Below are positions 1-22,089 of a DNA stretch of 43,669 nt, piece after piece. The notes under the pieces were generated by a model. It was not told the origin of the DNA. It saw only the letters and a list, made by a program, of their open reading frames with translations, and did not search any database. The DNA lies in the NCBI GenBank assembly GCA_002269645.1, contig NIVC01001078.1, positions 1 to 43,669 of the forward strand. The letters run 5' to 3'. Source of the stretch: Macrostomum lignano. Lineage: Eukaryota. Each line of letters begins with the position of its first letter. The stretch's first letter is position 1. A program made the translations under genes and the position numbers.

Positions 1-1520
1 AGTCCAGGATTTCCTATCTGTTTCTCAGTCCACACTTCTGGATGTCCGATCTGTCTCTACCCCACAGTTCCAGGATGTCCGATCTGTCTCTCACCCCACA
101 GTTCCAGGATGTCAGATCTGTCTCACACCATAGTTCCAGGATGTCCGATCTGTCTCACACCATAGTTCCAGGATGTCCGATCTGTCTCTCACCCCACAGT
201 TCCAGGATGTCCGATCTGTCTTTCACCCACAGTTCCAGGATGTCAGATCTGTCTCTCACCCCACAGTTCCAGGATTTCCGATCTGTCTCTCACCCCACAG
301 TTCCAGGATGTCAGATCTGTCTCACACCATAGTTCCAGGATGTCCGATCTGTCTCACACCATAGTTCCAGGATGTCCGATCTGTCTCTCACCCCACAGTT
401 TCCAGGATGTCCGATCTGTCTTTCACCCCACAGTTCCAGGATGTCAGATCTGTCTCTCACCCACAGTTCCAGGATGTCCGATCTGTCTCTCACCCCACAG
501 TTCCAGGATGTCAGATCTGTCTCACACCATAGTTCCAGGATGTCCGATCTGTCTCTCACCCCACAGTTCCAGGATGTCCGATCTGTCTTTCACCCCACAG
601 TTCCAGGATGTCAGATCTGTCTCTCACCCCACAGTTCCAGGATGTCCGATCTGTCTCTCACCCCACAGTTCCAGGATGTCAGATCTGTCTCACACCATAG
701 TTCCAGGATGTCCGATCTGTCTCTCACCCCACAGTTCCAGGATGTCAGATCTGTCTCTCACCCCACAGTTCCAGGATGTCCGATCTGTCTCACACCATAG
801 TTCCAGGATGTCCGATCTGTCTCTCACCCCACAGTTCCAGGATGTCCGATCTGTCTTTCACCCCACAGTTCCAGGATGTCAGATCTGTCTCTCACCCACA
901 GTTCCAGGATGTCCGATCTGTCTCTCACCCCACAGTTCCAGGATGTCAGATCTGTCTCACACCATAGTTCCAGGATGTCCGATCTGTCTCTCACCCCACA
1001 GTTCCAGGATGTCAGATCTGTCTCTCACCCCACAGTTCCAGGATGTCAGATCTGTCTCACACCATAGTTCCACGATGTCAGATTTGTCTCACACCACAGT
1101 TCCAGGATGTCAGATCTGTCTCACACCATAGTTCCAGGATGTCCGATCTGTCTCTCACCCCACAGTTCCAGGATGTCAGATCTGTCTCTCACCCCACAGT
1201 TCCAGGATGTCAGATCTGTCTCTCACCCACAGTTCCAGGATGTCCGATCTGTCTCTCACCCCACAGTTCCAGGATGTCAGATCTGTCTCACACCATAGTT
1301 CCAGGATGTCCGATCTGTCTCTCACCCCACAGTTCCAGGATGTCAGATCTGTCTCTCACCCCAAAGTTCCAGGATGTCAGATCTGTCTCTCACCCACAGT
1401 TCCAGGATGTCAGATCTGTCTCACACCATAGTTCCACGATGTCAGATTTGTCTCACACCATAGTTCCAGGATGTCCGATCTGTCTCTCACCACAGTTCCA
1501 GGATGTCCGATCTGTCTCAC
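1..1520. repeat. Minisatellite array, 32-34 bp unit CCCCACAGTTCCAGGATGTC(C/A)GATCTGTCTCTCA, about 45 copies, truncated by the window start
   Basis: Directly visible tandem units with 32-bp (CACCATAG) and 33-bp variants. It accounts for the repetitive ORFs between 42 and 1612. Confidence 0.97.
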
Positions 1521-1702
1521 CCTTCAGGTCTAAAGTACATGTGAGTGAATCACTTATTCATCCTGTAATTTTAAGTGCATTTCATGAGTTCACTTCAGTT
1601 TCCGCAGTATAATTTGATAAAATATTGGCAACACAAACAAAGTTTTGTCTATGCAGACTCGATGAATAGATACGATTCTCTCAGGTGACATTATAGCAGG
1701 CC

Positions 1703-1728
1703 TTTTATTAATCGCATCTTGTATTTAT
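1703..1728 (-). terminator. Candidate polyadenylation signals (two AATAAA) of the prohormone-4-like gene
   Basis: TTTATT occurs twice on the + strand, about 120-140 nt downstream of the minus-strand stop codon at 1846. Confidence 0.5.
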
Positions 1729-1845
1729 TGTTCCAATCTCGAACAGACTCACAGCGGACCCCTAACAACTGTATTAGTGAAAATGTATCTCTCTCGTGTT
1801 AGGGAAAAACGCTCTATGATTTGTTGCCATTTCCTGCTATCTTCC

Positions 1846-11974
<10,129 letters not shown>

Positions 11975-12060
11975 CAATAAAATGAATGCAAAAAGTGAGT
12001 GAGCGAGAGCAGAGTGAGTTGCTGGCGCGGCAGTCATCAACTATAAGCTATTTAAGGGGA
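11975..12060 (-). promoter_or_regulatory. Candidate core promoter / 5'UTR of the prohormone-4-like gene
   Basis: On the minus strand, TTAAATAGCTTATAG (TATA-like) is followed by a pyrimidine-rich leader, ATGGAATATACCG and a strong GTAGGT donor in the phase needed by the next exon. Confidence 0.4.
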
Positions 12061-12650
12061 AAGCTTCAAAGAGGAAGGAACGCGTTATCTGAGCTTAGAC
12101 TCATTAAATAATCCATAATCATCATAGATATAGACTATATAGAGCCATCGGTGGTCACTGTGTGTATACCTCTTTACCTAATATGGACCTAACCTCGTCT
12201 CTCTGCATGCAACTTGTTCAGTACATACAGCTAGTGCAGAGACTCAATCTGCGAAATGGATATGGTAAGCGCCGCTGCGATGACAAGCAGACCGAGTGTG
12301 TGCACTTATACAGATTACACTAAAGTATCAGGTCAGGTAAGTTGATTCCAGTGATAAATTAATGAAAATGAATTGTGGTTAACTTATAAGGAGCTGAAAT
12401 GCCTATAAGTATTTGTTGGGGTCAAGCGAGTGAGCGTAATTGTTTCTTGGAAAATTAAAATGGAAAAACATATTGCTATAGCTTCGGAGAGCGACAACGT
12501 TCAAATGCCGTAATATATATATTCTAAACGTATTTTGCCTGACAATTGCTGCCATTCATAGCAGCGCGCTATTAGGGGTTTTGCCCACAGATCCACAGGC
12601 TCTGTGGTTTGGCCATAGATAACTTCGATCGAGAACGAATTTATTGTAGT

Positions 12651-12928
12651 ATTGCTTTTGACAGCCTAACTAAGAATCCTGCATACGCTGTCTGCGAGGG
12701 GCCTTCGCCGCGCCTTGCCTTAGTCTATGGGCCATAGACTGAAAAAAATGCAACACACGTAAACCGATCAATTCTCAGTGTGGGTGGCTTTTTATCACTG
12801 CTTATAGCTTTTGCAGTCTATGGCCCATAGACTAAGGCAATTGACGCAGCCAAGGCCCCTTGCAGGCAGCGTATGGAGGCGATCTCAGCTTGGATGGCTT
12901 CATTCTCAGTCAGGCTGCGAAAAGCAAT
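12651..12928. mobile_element. Foldback/MITE-like long inverted repeat (~100-bp arms, ~60-bp spacer)
   Basis: Left arm 12651-12748 is the reverse complement of right arm 12808-12928 apart from a ~20-bp indel and mismatches. Each arm contains the palindrome AGTCTATGG-N-CCATAGACT. No TSD was seen. Confidence 0.7.
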
Positions 12929-13429
12929 GGTTACACAGCATTGAGTATCACAAAAAGATTACCATTTTAACTGATTCCTGGCTGGCACTCAACGCTCTGA
13001 TCTCACGGCTATGCTATAGATGCCGTAAATAAATTCTGTAAATTAATATATCTTTCATTCATTGCATTCGATTCAAGCGTTGGGCACAGGAGCTATAGCC
13101 CGGGTTGAAACAGCCTATAAGTAGCTTTACACACACAAATGTAGAGCATTGTAGAAACATCTTCCGCCAAGGCCAAGCTGTCACTCTTTTAACAGCAGAA
13201 CAGACAAGGGGAAGGAGGAAATCCCCCCCCCCAGACAGTTTTTTTGCTGTGTCGGAACGGAGCAACGCAGGCACACGAAGTTCCAAGAACACGGGCTAAC
13301 TTATTGTTGCGCACCTTCTCGAAAGAAGAATCAAGTCGCCCGTCCTCCGGACTGTCGAGATATTCTACGATTCTGCCAGGTCGGATTTTTTCCATAAACT
13401 GCCTTCACCCAGGCGTAGCTCTGGACTTT

Positions 13430-13691
13430 AACAGGTGGCACCAGGGTGACTGTGGACACGCTGCTGCAAATTTCTGGAGTTTCGCTGATCAAGCCTCCAT
13501 AGTGGGCAACTCACAACTGCTGGACATCCTCTGCAGCTTACATGTAGTCTCTCAAGTAAATATTCAGTCGTCACCCCGACACCGTCGGCACCTTCAACAG
13601 GTGGCCACCAAGTGACTATGGACACGCTGCTGCAAATTTATCGAGTTCCGCTGCATGATCAAGCCTCCATAGTGGGCAAATCACAACTGAC
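13430..13691. repeat. Diverged ~90-bp direct repeat pair
   Basis: AACAGGTGGC…GGACACGCTGCTGCAAATTT…GATCAAGCCTCCATAGTGGGCAA…TCACAACTG occurs at 13430-13520 and again at 13596-13691. Confidence 0.85.
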
Positions 13692-15249
13692 TTCCCCCCA
13701 GTAAATTCCACCCACGCCCCCTGGTAAGTTCGACGGGCGGGAAATGGCTTTTTTGGTATTCCTACTATTAAGGAAACTTCTGTATTGCCGAAACCTCGCA
13801 ACGCTTGTGCAATACGTTTGAAGCAGAGTATAGAATGGCCTAGACTGAGCGCGTGCGCGTGCAAGAAAATGTGCTCCGCAATTGGGAAAACAATGGCAAT
13901 AAGTTGATTGACTGGCTTGCCTGCCTAATTCAGCTCCCGTAGGCTGTAACAATGCATGTGTAGTTTAGCATCGCACGCGACGATGGCTCCACGTGAACTT
14001 CCGACGAACATCAAATTAGGCAAATTTCCCTATTATTATAAGGAAAATGACGTCTATTGTTATTGTTTTATTACTGTTATAAATCACTGGCATCAGGTGA
14101 TACATATAATCCGCATATTTCACCAGCTAATAAATCTATTTATCTATTCAGTTGATAAGCTCGTGATCCCTCTGACATGTAATAATGAGTTTACAACTAT
14201 TTTATTCAGCTAAAAACCCTTCTAACCAACTAGGTGAGTCATTTTTAATAACACTAACTAAAATCGATCAATCAAAATAACAAAATAACAAAGCCAACTT
14301 CATACCCAGAAACAGAATATGAATCGTACTGCAGTGGAGACAAGCAGCACTAGTTTATTCTAGTCACGGAGAGAATTACAGCGATTAACAATGAATCGGA
14401 ACTCAGTAGTATTTCATTATCGTCCATTCATAGAAGACAGGCATCAATAAACAATTTAGTCAGGAAGGCTTTATTTATAAATAAGGTCCAATTCAAATAT
14501 GTAAGGTCAAATCAGCTAAGAATAGAGCCATTGTCAGCCATAAAAATAAAGTTTCAATCACAAGTGTAGCAAAAGAGATTGGGAGTATTCAAGACAAATA
14601 TTGGCTCGCAGAAGCAGCAATATAGTGTGCTGAACTATCGATAAGCACATTGCTATTTTTTGTTCTTAAACAAATCGATCTCAATTAAACTAAGTAAGCA
14701 CGTATGAAGAAATGAATTTTAAAATTTGAGTAACAGACAGGTAACCAGAAGGCGAGAGTTAATAGAATTCGAATTATGTCGGTACAGTCGTACTTTTATT
14801 ACGTCCGAAATCGGGATACATTATGCACTTTTATTTCTATGCTACTCCAATATTTATTAGGTTTATTTTAAAAAGAGACAAAAGATAGCTTGTACTACTT
14901 AAAATACTACTCACTAACTAACCAGTGAATTGAAACTTGACAAAGCTAATTAAAAACTCTCAAGCAAAATGAAAGATACAAACAAGATGAGGGCAAGCAG
15001 GATTATTCATAGGCCTTAGTAACCGTTTATAACAAAAAACACCTTTGCAGGACAACAAAAATATAACGAGGAATCGAAATTAAGCAGCGACAAACAGGCC
15101 TGAATAAACAGTTGGAAATTCAAATTGATTAGATAATAGGTAATGCAGTTAGGAATGGTTGCTATAGAAACAGATTTAAGTTGGGCCATACTAATTCGAT
15201 AATAGTTGTGTCCGTGTCCTAGTGTCTATGCGTTGTTGTTGTTAAGCAG

Positions 15250-15430
15250 TTGACCCACCAGCAAGTCCTAATGTGGGATTAGTGACCCACCGGCAGATCC
15301 TGATGGGGAATTAGTGACCCACCGGCAGATCCTGATGGGGAATTAGTGACCCACCGGCAGATCCTGACGGGGAATTAGTGACCCACCGGCAGATCCTGAT
15401 GGGGAATTAGTGACCCACCGGCAGATCCTG
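15250..15430. repeat. 32-bp minisatellite TGATGGGGAATTAGTGACCCACCGGCAGATCC, ~5 copies, downstream of the Rab1 stop (3'UTR or flank)
   Basis: Visible tandem units. Confidence 0.92.
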
Positions 15431-15732
15431 GCATTGTTAAAGAATAGAAATGAACAAAGTTGAAAAAAATCTTCTGTCTACTGGGTCCCACATAACTGGA
15501 CACAGAATTTATTGGACACAACAAATGTTTAGTATTGAGTTTGAGGCATTGATAAATCAATAATTAATAAATAACAGTAAAAACACGCACAGAGACCACC
15601 AGCTAAGGCGATTCTATTAAGAGTCAGACCAAAAATTAACTAGTGTGTGGAATTTAAAATAAAAGAACACAACGCAGCAGTGTATTGCCATTGGCAACAA
15701 AAGCGTCCCTAAGTCAACTGCCTATTGTTTCC

Positions 15733-18700
15733 TTAGCAACTGCAACCTCCGCCGGACGATTTCACAGGCTGCGTGCCGGGACTCACTTTGATGGTCGGCT
15801 TCTGCTGCTGGGTGTTTCCCACCGGACCCATTCTAGACTTGATCTCCGCCGCCATCGACATGAAAGCCTGCTCAACGTTGGTTGAGTTCTTGGCGCTGGT
15901 CTCTAGGAACACAATGCCGAGTTTGTCAGCGTACTCTTTGGCTGTGGCAAAGTCCACCACCTGCGGATCGGATATTGTCAGATACGGATTTGTCTTATAA
16001 TACTGTTAGTAGCATAATAAGCATTTTTACAGATGGGAGGATGAGGTGCTAGCAGAGATGAAGATGGGAGGCTGAGGTGCTGTCAGAAATGAAGATGGGA
16101 GGCTGAGGTGCTAGCAGAAATGAAGATGGAGGCTGAGGTGCTAGCAGAAATGAAGATGGGAGGCTGAGGTGCTGTCAGAGATGACGATGGGAGGCTGAGG
16201 TGCTAGCAGAGATGAAGATGGGAGGCTGAGGTGCTAGCAGAGATGAAGATGGGAGGCTGAGGTGCTGTCAGAAATAAAGATGGAGGCTGAGGTGCTAGCA
16301 GAAATGAAGATGGGAGGCTGAGGTGCTAGCAGAGATGAAGATGGGAGGCTGAGGTGCTGTCAGAAATGAAGATGGGAGGCTGAGGTGCTAGCAGAGATGA
16401 AGATGGGAGGCTGAGGTGCTGTCAGAGATGACGATGGGAGGCTGAGGTGCTGTCAGAAATGAAGATGGGAGGCTGAGGTGCTGTCAGAAATGAAGATGGG
16501 AGGATGAGGTGCTGTCAGAAATGAAGATGGGAGGCTGAGGTGCTAGCAGAAATGAAGATGGGAGGCTGAGGTGCTGTCAGAAATGAAGATGGGAGGCTGA
16601 GGTGCTGTCAGAAATGAAGATGGGAGGCTGAGGTGCTGTCAGAAATGAAGATGGGAGGCTGAGGTGCTGTCAGAAATGAAGATGGGAGGCTGAGGTGCTG
16701 TCAGAAATGAAGATGGGAGGCTGAGGTGCTGTCAGAAATGAAGATGGGAGGCTGAGGTGCTGTCAGAAATGAAGATGGAGGCTGAGGTGCTGTCAGAGAT
16801 GATGACCGGAGGCTGAGATGATCGCTCACCTTCTTAGCCGTCAGATCGCATTTGTTGCCAACAAGCAACTTGTTAACATTCTCGGAGGCGTAGCGGTCAA
16901 TCTCCTGTAGCCAGTTCTTCACATTGTTGAAGGACTCTTGATCCGTGACGTCGTACACTACGATGATGCCGTGGGCGCCGCGGTAGTAGGAAGAGGTGAT
17001 GGTGCGGAAGCGCTCTTGGCCAGCCGTGTCCCAAATCTTCAACGTTGACAAGGTGAGAAATTTAGTTGGGGAGTTACGCTTCCGATTAAGTAAAAGATAG
17101 ACTTTTACAAACTACGCCAAGGCACCAGGGGCGCCAAGGCACCAGGGGCGCCAAGGCACCAGGGGCGCCAAGGCACCAGGGGCGCCAAGGCACCAGGGGC
17201 GCCAAGGCACCAGGGGTGCCAAGGCACCAGGGGCGCCAAGGCACCAGGGGCGCCAAGGCACCAGGGGCGCCAAGGCACCAGGGGCGCCAAGGCACCAGGG
17301 GCGCCAAGGCACCAGGGGCGCCAAGGCACCAGGGGCGCCAAGGCACCAGGGGCGCCAAGGCACCAGGGGCGCCAAGGCACCAGGGGCGCCAAGGCACCAG
17401 GGGCGCCAAGGCAGCAGGGGCGCCAAGAGCACAAGAAACATGAGCAAAGTTACATAACAACCAACCTGCAACTTGATGGTCTTGCCATCCAATTCGATAG
17501 TGCGAATCTTGAAGTCCACACCAATAGTGCTGATGTAACTCTCAGTGTAAGTGTCATCAGCAAAGCGCAGCAACAAGCAGCTCTTGCCAACACCAGAATC
17601 GCCAATTAGAAGAAGTTTGAACAGGTAGTCACTAAAATTTGGAGAGAGATACATTGTACATTGCTAGCTCATGTGCATAACTAAATTCATGCAAATCTAT
17701 TCAAAAAAGGACTAAAGGGCTACTAAATTCCTTACAATAACAAAATGGATCAATGTCTTGGCCTGTATATATTTGGTGAGGATCATTATAAAAGTAAGAA
17801 AGGCTAACTTACTAATAAATGATGGTATAATTGATTATTATAATTATATGTGAAACTACTTCTACTACTAAGGTTGTAGCCTAGTGGGGGTTGTAGCCTA
17901 GAGCATTGAACTAAAAACTTGAAGGTTGAAGGTTAACTCCTGATCCTACTAAAAAAATTTGTCTTTAAGCAAGGCACTTAACTCTACATTGCTTCAGTTA
18001 ACTAAGTAGTAAAATGGGTACAGTATTAGCTAGGGTAATTGAAGGTATATGGCAACCCCGTGGTCCTCAGATTAAATAGCCATATATAGCCTGCAGATGC
18101 ACTATACAATAGCAGTGACTTAGCTGTCAATTGCAAATCTAGCCCAATTAGGGCAATTAGTGCCCTAATAAAAGCAATATAAAAACATTTATTATATATT
18201 TACTAAATTTAGCTCATACATTAGAACTAGAATCTTGATATACATGTATATTACACATGATATAGAAACATGTGGTCATATCCTAAAAGGTATATTGGTA
18301 GAAAAGATTTATTTCATATATCTGAGCAACCAAAACAATAAAAGAATTGTAGTCATTATTTCAGCTGCTCAGGTAGAACTCATCGAGAAAATTATCCTGC
18401 TAGAATTCTGTCATGCCTACATCCATAACACCCTGCCAAGAGGCATGTACAACTGCTGCAGCAAGAAATTGCAGTTACAGATGTCACATGTACTGCAAGA
18501 ACTGCCTGCTCAACTGCCATACCTTTAAATTGTTGCAGACTTGGAGGTTTTTCCACAACTCACATGTGAACATCTGCATTATTCTTGCTGTACGAGTATT
18601 TGCCAGGTGGTTTCTGGCCTATCAAACAAGCAGTCTAGCAGTCTGGCACCCATATACGAGTATGCCTAAGAGCAGGCGGGGCAACCATAAACTGCCCTTA

Positions 18701-21456
18701 CTGCCCCAAGGATGACCTGCAGAAACAACTCAAAGCCAGAACAGAGACTCAGAGAAGCGCTGCACTAGGTGCCACTCACTTGTAGGCAAAGGCCTAAGGC
18801 ACAAGTGCAGCATCTCAAGCAAGTTGCAGTACCTGCGCACACTTAGCCCTATATCAAAAGAGCACATCACTCATGATGTGATGCATGAAAAGCTAAGAGC
18901 AGCAGCAGCATCAAGACATAGATCAATGGCTTCTATTTCCAGTGCCACTGGTGGCTTACCAATGCAGCTAAGGCATGCAAATGATTCAAATGAGCAGAGA
19001 GGACTGAGGACCAAGACACTAGTAGCATTAAAGACCTCTCAATCTGAGTGACTAGCAGACAAACATGGCAGCCACAATCATCAGGCAGGCAGAAGGCAGT
19101 TATAAGGCTCTGCAACCCAGACTACAGACAGCTTTGGCAGCCGCAGGCAGCATTGCAGAGAGTTTTTTGAGATACGGCAGCTCAAATTCACTTAAAAGTC
19201 CTCAGGTGGCAGCTTTACTGATACCATAAGATGTTCCGTCATATGTCCCGATCTGCAGGGCCTGCTGAGCTTCATTTGCTCAAAGCAAGGATTTAGTGAG
19301 ATCAATGTGAGATCGAAGCTGGGGATAGATGGAGGTGGTGGCTCACTAAAAATCTGCCTTAGTGTCACCCCAACTGCCTACCAAACCACAGACAGAGTCA
19401 ACATCTAAGAAGCTCAGCAGGGAGTCACCAATAAACAACTTTGGCATAAAAAACTGTTTATCATTGCAATTGCTAAGGATACCAGGAGAACTATGCAAAT
19501 GTGCGAGCACTTCTAGATGAGCTAGACTTGACATCAATTAAGTTCATAGTTGCTTGTAACTTTAAGCTAACCAACATCCTGTGTGGCCTTCAAAGTCATG
19601 CCGCAGCTCATCTTGGTCTTTACTATGAGGGGCAGGCGCCATGGCAAGTTGCTGGTTTCATAAGAACCCTTAAATCTATTCGTTGGATGGCCATAGCATT
19701 CGAGGCTGCTAGTAGCTGCCAGAGACTAGCAAGGAACTACACAAGCTATGTCAAATAGCCTCTTCTCCCTAGGGCTAATTCTATACCAATGTTAGACCTC
19801 GTGCCACCACCAAAGCTGCACATCATGCTTGGTGTGACCAACAAACTGCTCAATCAGCTGAACTCAGCTTGGGGCAACAACAAGGCATACAAGTGGGTGC
19901 ATTCAGCTAGAATCTGTTGCAAGCAGTACCACAGCAGGTGTCTGGAAAGCCTTGCATATGTCAGATTGCTGCTAAAAGCTCAAGAGCTCAAGAGCAACTT
20001 GCCACCAAGGCTCTAGGGCTATGTGTCTGCTCTCATCATATTTGATGCTATTTGCCAAGCATGCCTTGGGCAATAGCTGAAGAGCAACTTTTGCCAGAAG
20101 ATTGGCTATGCTGAACTGAAGCTGGTGCCAACACCCCCCAAGATGCACACCTTTTTCCACTATATTCCAAAGTTGTGCAAGCAATTCAACTCAGGCCTTG
20201 GGACCTTCAGCAAGCAGGCAGTTGAGTCTGCACACAGCGACTTTTGTTTGACGTGGCAATGGTTTTGCAGGCCTCTGGGGCATGTGCAATATGCAGAATG
20301 CCTGCTGCTTACAGTTGTTAGCTACAATTCTAGCCATATTTGATGTTAAGCATTTTTATGCCTGCAAAGATTTCTAGGATTTAGCTTGTATACTTAATAT
20401 CCATGTGCACTTTATTCTATACTGACATTAGCAATAATAAGTGCATGATGTATAATATTAATACTAATACAGTTGTATGCTCATTTAATGATTTATTATA
20501 ATATTATAACTATGAGCTATAATAACATTAATATTATCAATGGGTTTGGCCTTAAATGCCTATCATATTACATGTAATCCATAGTCCAGATCATGCTAGG
20601 TGCATGCCTAAACAAAAATTGAATAATTATAAATGCATGCCAAAAATGTAATACATGCACATTCTTAAAAATAATCTAGTGTTGCAACAATAAATGACCT
20701 TTTTTATGTTGTGGCAATAAATGACCTTTTTAAATTGCATAATAGACCCTTATTAGCAGATAATTTGGTTGATTTTTATGCTTTTTTGGTGATACTATTT
20801 ATAGTAGAAAATTGATACATACAAAGATTTGTTTAAATGCTTTTTTATGAGCTTGAGAAAACTGGAAAGCTTAAAATTTATGCTTATAAATGAACTTTTT
20901 TCATCTTTTTTACTTTACAGATAGATCTTACACATAATTCTATAAAGTGCTACCAGGTATACATGCATACTATTTTCTTAGGAGTGATAAATGCCAACTA
21001 TGCATGCCTAATTATGGTATGCAAGGCCAATGCATGCCTGAATGTTTGGGCATATACTACATGAACCTAAGTTTGGCATGTAATTTGCAATAAATATAAA
21101 ATTCCTATTACCATTTTTGACAAGGCAATTGCCAATTAGATTTGTCTAACACTGTTTTTGAAATCTGCATAGGTCTTTGGGGCTGGGAAAAGCATCAGTT
21201 TCTTTGGGAAGACAAAGACAAAAACAAAGACATTTAGCAGACAAAATTACTGTACTTTTTCAGATAAATGAGTGGCAGACAAACTGGCAACAGACAAAAC
21301 GACCACTAACCTTTAAAATGCATAGAGATAGTAATAATATAAAATAAAATTGAGAATGGAATGGCATATTCCTAGATTATAATATTATTATTAAAAAATC
21401 TGTTAATTTTATAAAAAAATTAGAGTTCAGGCATAAACTTACTATTCTGGTGTCAT
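15733..21456 (-). CDS. Rab1: Ras-related GTPase Rab1, 204 aa, 4 coding exons
   Basis: Exons 21443-21456 (MTPE-Y, 14 nt, donor GTAAGT), 17466-17631 ([17 protein letters not shown]…IKLQ), 16830-17036 ([23 protein letters not shown]…NKCDLTAKK) and 15733-15960 (VVDFATAK…FLETSAK…SSGGGCSC*). GT-AG junctions with consistent phases; all G-box and RabF motifs are typical of Rab1/Ypt1. Confidence 0.96.
16030..16818. repeat. 31-bp minisatellite GATGGGAGGCTGAGGTGCTGTCAGAAATGAA, ~25 copies, filling Rab1 intron 3
   Basis: Visible tandem units starting about 10 nt from the splice donor. Confidence 0.97.
17115..17428. repeat. 17-bp GC-rich minisatellite CGCCAAGGCACCAGGGG, ~18 copies, filling Rab1 intron 2
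   Basis: Visible tandem units; the 17-aa periodic ORFs ([17 protein letters not shown]) are artefacts. Confidence 0.97.
18390..20343 (+). pseudogene. Decayed DDE transposase of the Chapaev/Transib/RAG1-core-related group, antisense within Rab1 intron 1
   Basis: Collinear motifs across frameshifts and stops: Cys-rich N-terminus (LPRGMYNCC; [16 protein letters not shown]), [15 protein letters not shown] (19316-19360), KKLFIIAIA…[81 protein letters not shown]. Family assignment is from remembered motif order, not from a search. Confidence 0.7.
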
Positions 21457-21599
21457 CTTATAAAAGTGGCTGGCTGTGCCTGCGAAGATGATGAATTATA
21501 TGAAGAACTGAGGTAATAGGAAAGTCTGAGCTCCTACAACTTATAATATAAGTTGGAAAAATCTTTGTTGGGTAGGCCTCTGATCTTAAAAAATACTAT

Positions 21600-22020
21600 A
21601 CTAGCGATCACACAACAGCAGACCTAAAGGAACAGTGGCACTTAATACTATTATATTACAGAAGCTGAAGCCTAAAGGTAGGTAAGCTTTCTTGGAATTT
21701 ATTAGTCGTAGAGCAAGCGGGGTGCGAGTCGGTTTTACAAAGTATCCAATTTTTATAGTGATAAATAATTATTTTATAAAAAAGAAAATATTAGTCTGTA
21801 TTCGGCATTAATCTGTGTATAATTTTAACTATGCTGTTTTAACCAACTAAATTTTTCGGTGAGCGATATAATTAATTACTGCGGTCTGCGCGTTGCCGCT
21901 GTTTGATGAGTCACGAGGAGTAGGCCTAGTGTGTGTGTGTGTGAGTGGAGTGTTGTTAGCAATTTCCATACTTTTTAGCTTTTTACCTGGTGAAGTTTAT
22001 ATTTTTTCTTAATTTCGCAA
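21600..22020. promoter_or_regulatory. Candidate bidirectional promoter region (CpG-retaining island) shared by Rab1 and eIF2B-delta
   Basis: About 14 CpGs in ~420 bp (manual count), flanked on both sides by kilobases almost free of CpG, and lying between two divergently oriented housekeeping genes. Confidence 0.55.
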
Positions 22021-22089
22021 ATCCAGAGTATACCCTTGCATTTGTCAGTGTACTCCACTTAGGCAAGTTGAGACAAGGAAGTCTTAGAA

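Noticed and set aside
42-1612. Long repetitive ORFs, and a CRISPR-like look to the 34-bp repeats
   Set aside because: The units are contiguous with no unique spacers, there are no cas genes, the context is eukaryotic, and the ORFs simply translate the repeat.
17086-17460. Collagen-like GAPGALAP ORFs, and a resemblance of the unit (CACCAGGGGCGC) to a CTCF core
   Set aside because: A 17-bp intronic repeat read in all frames. The unit is one G short of the CTCF consensus, and CTCF is reportedly absent from flatworms.
18019-21255. TACAGTA / TACTGTA as possible TIRs of the transposase fossil
   Set aside because: Only ~7 bp match in AT-rich sequence and there is no TSD; too weak to define ends.
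21486-21510. C-box (ATGATGA) and D-box (CTGA) pair suggesting a snoRNA
   Set aside because: The boxes are only ~20 nt apart, there is no terminal stem, and it is antisense to the likely host Rab1.
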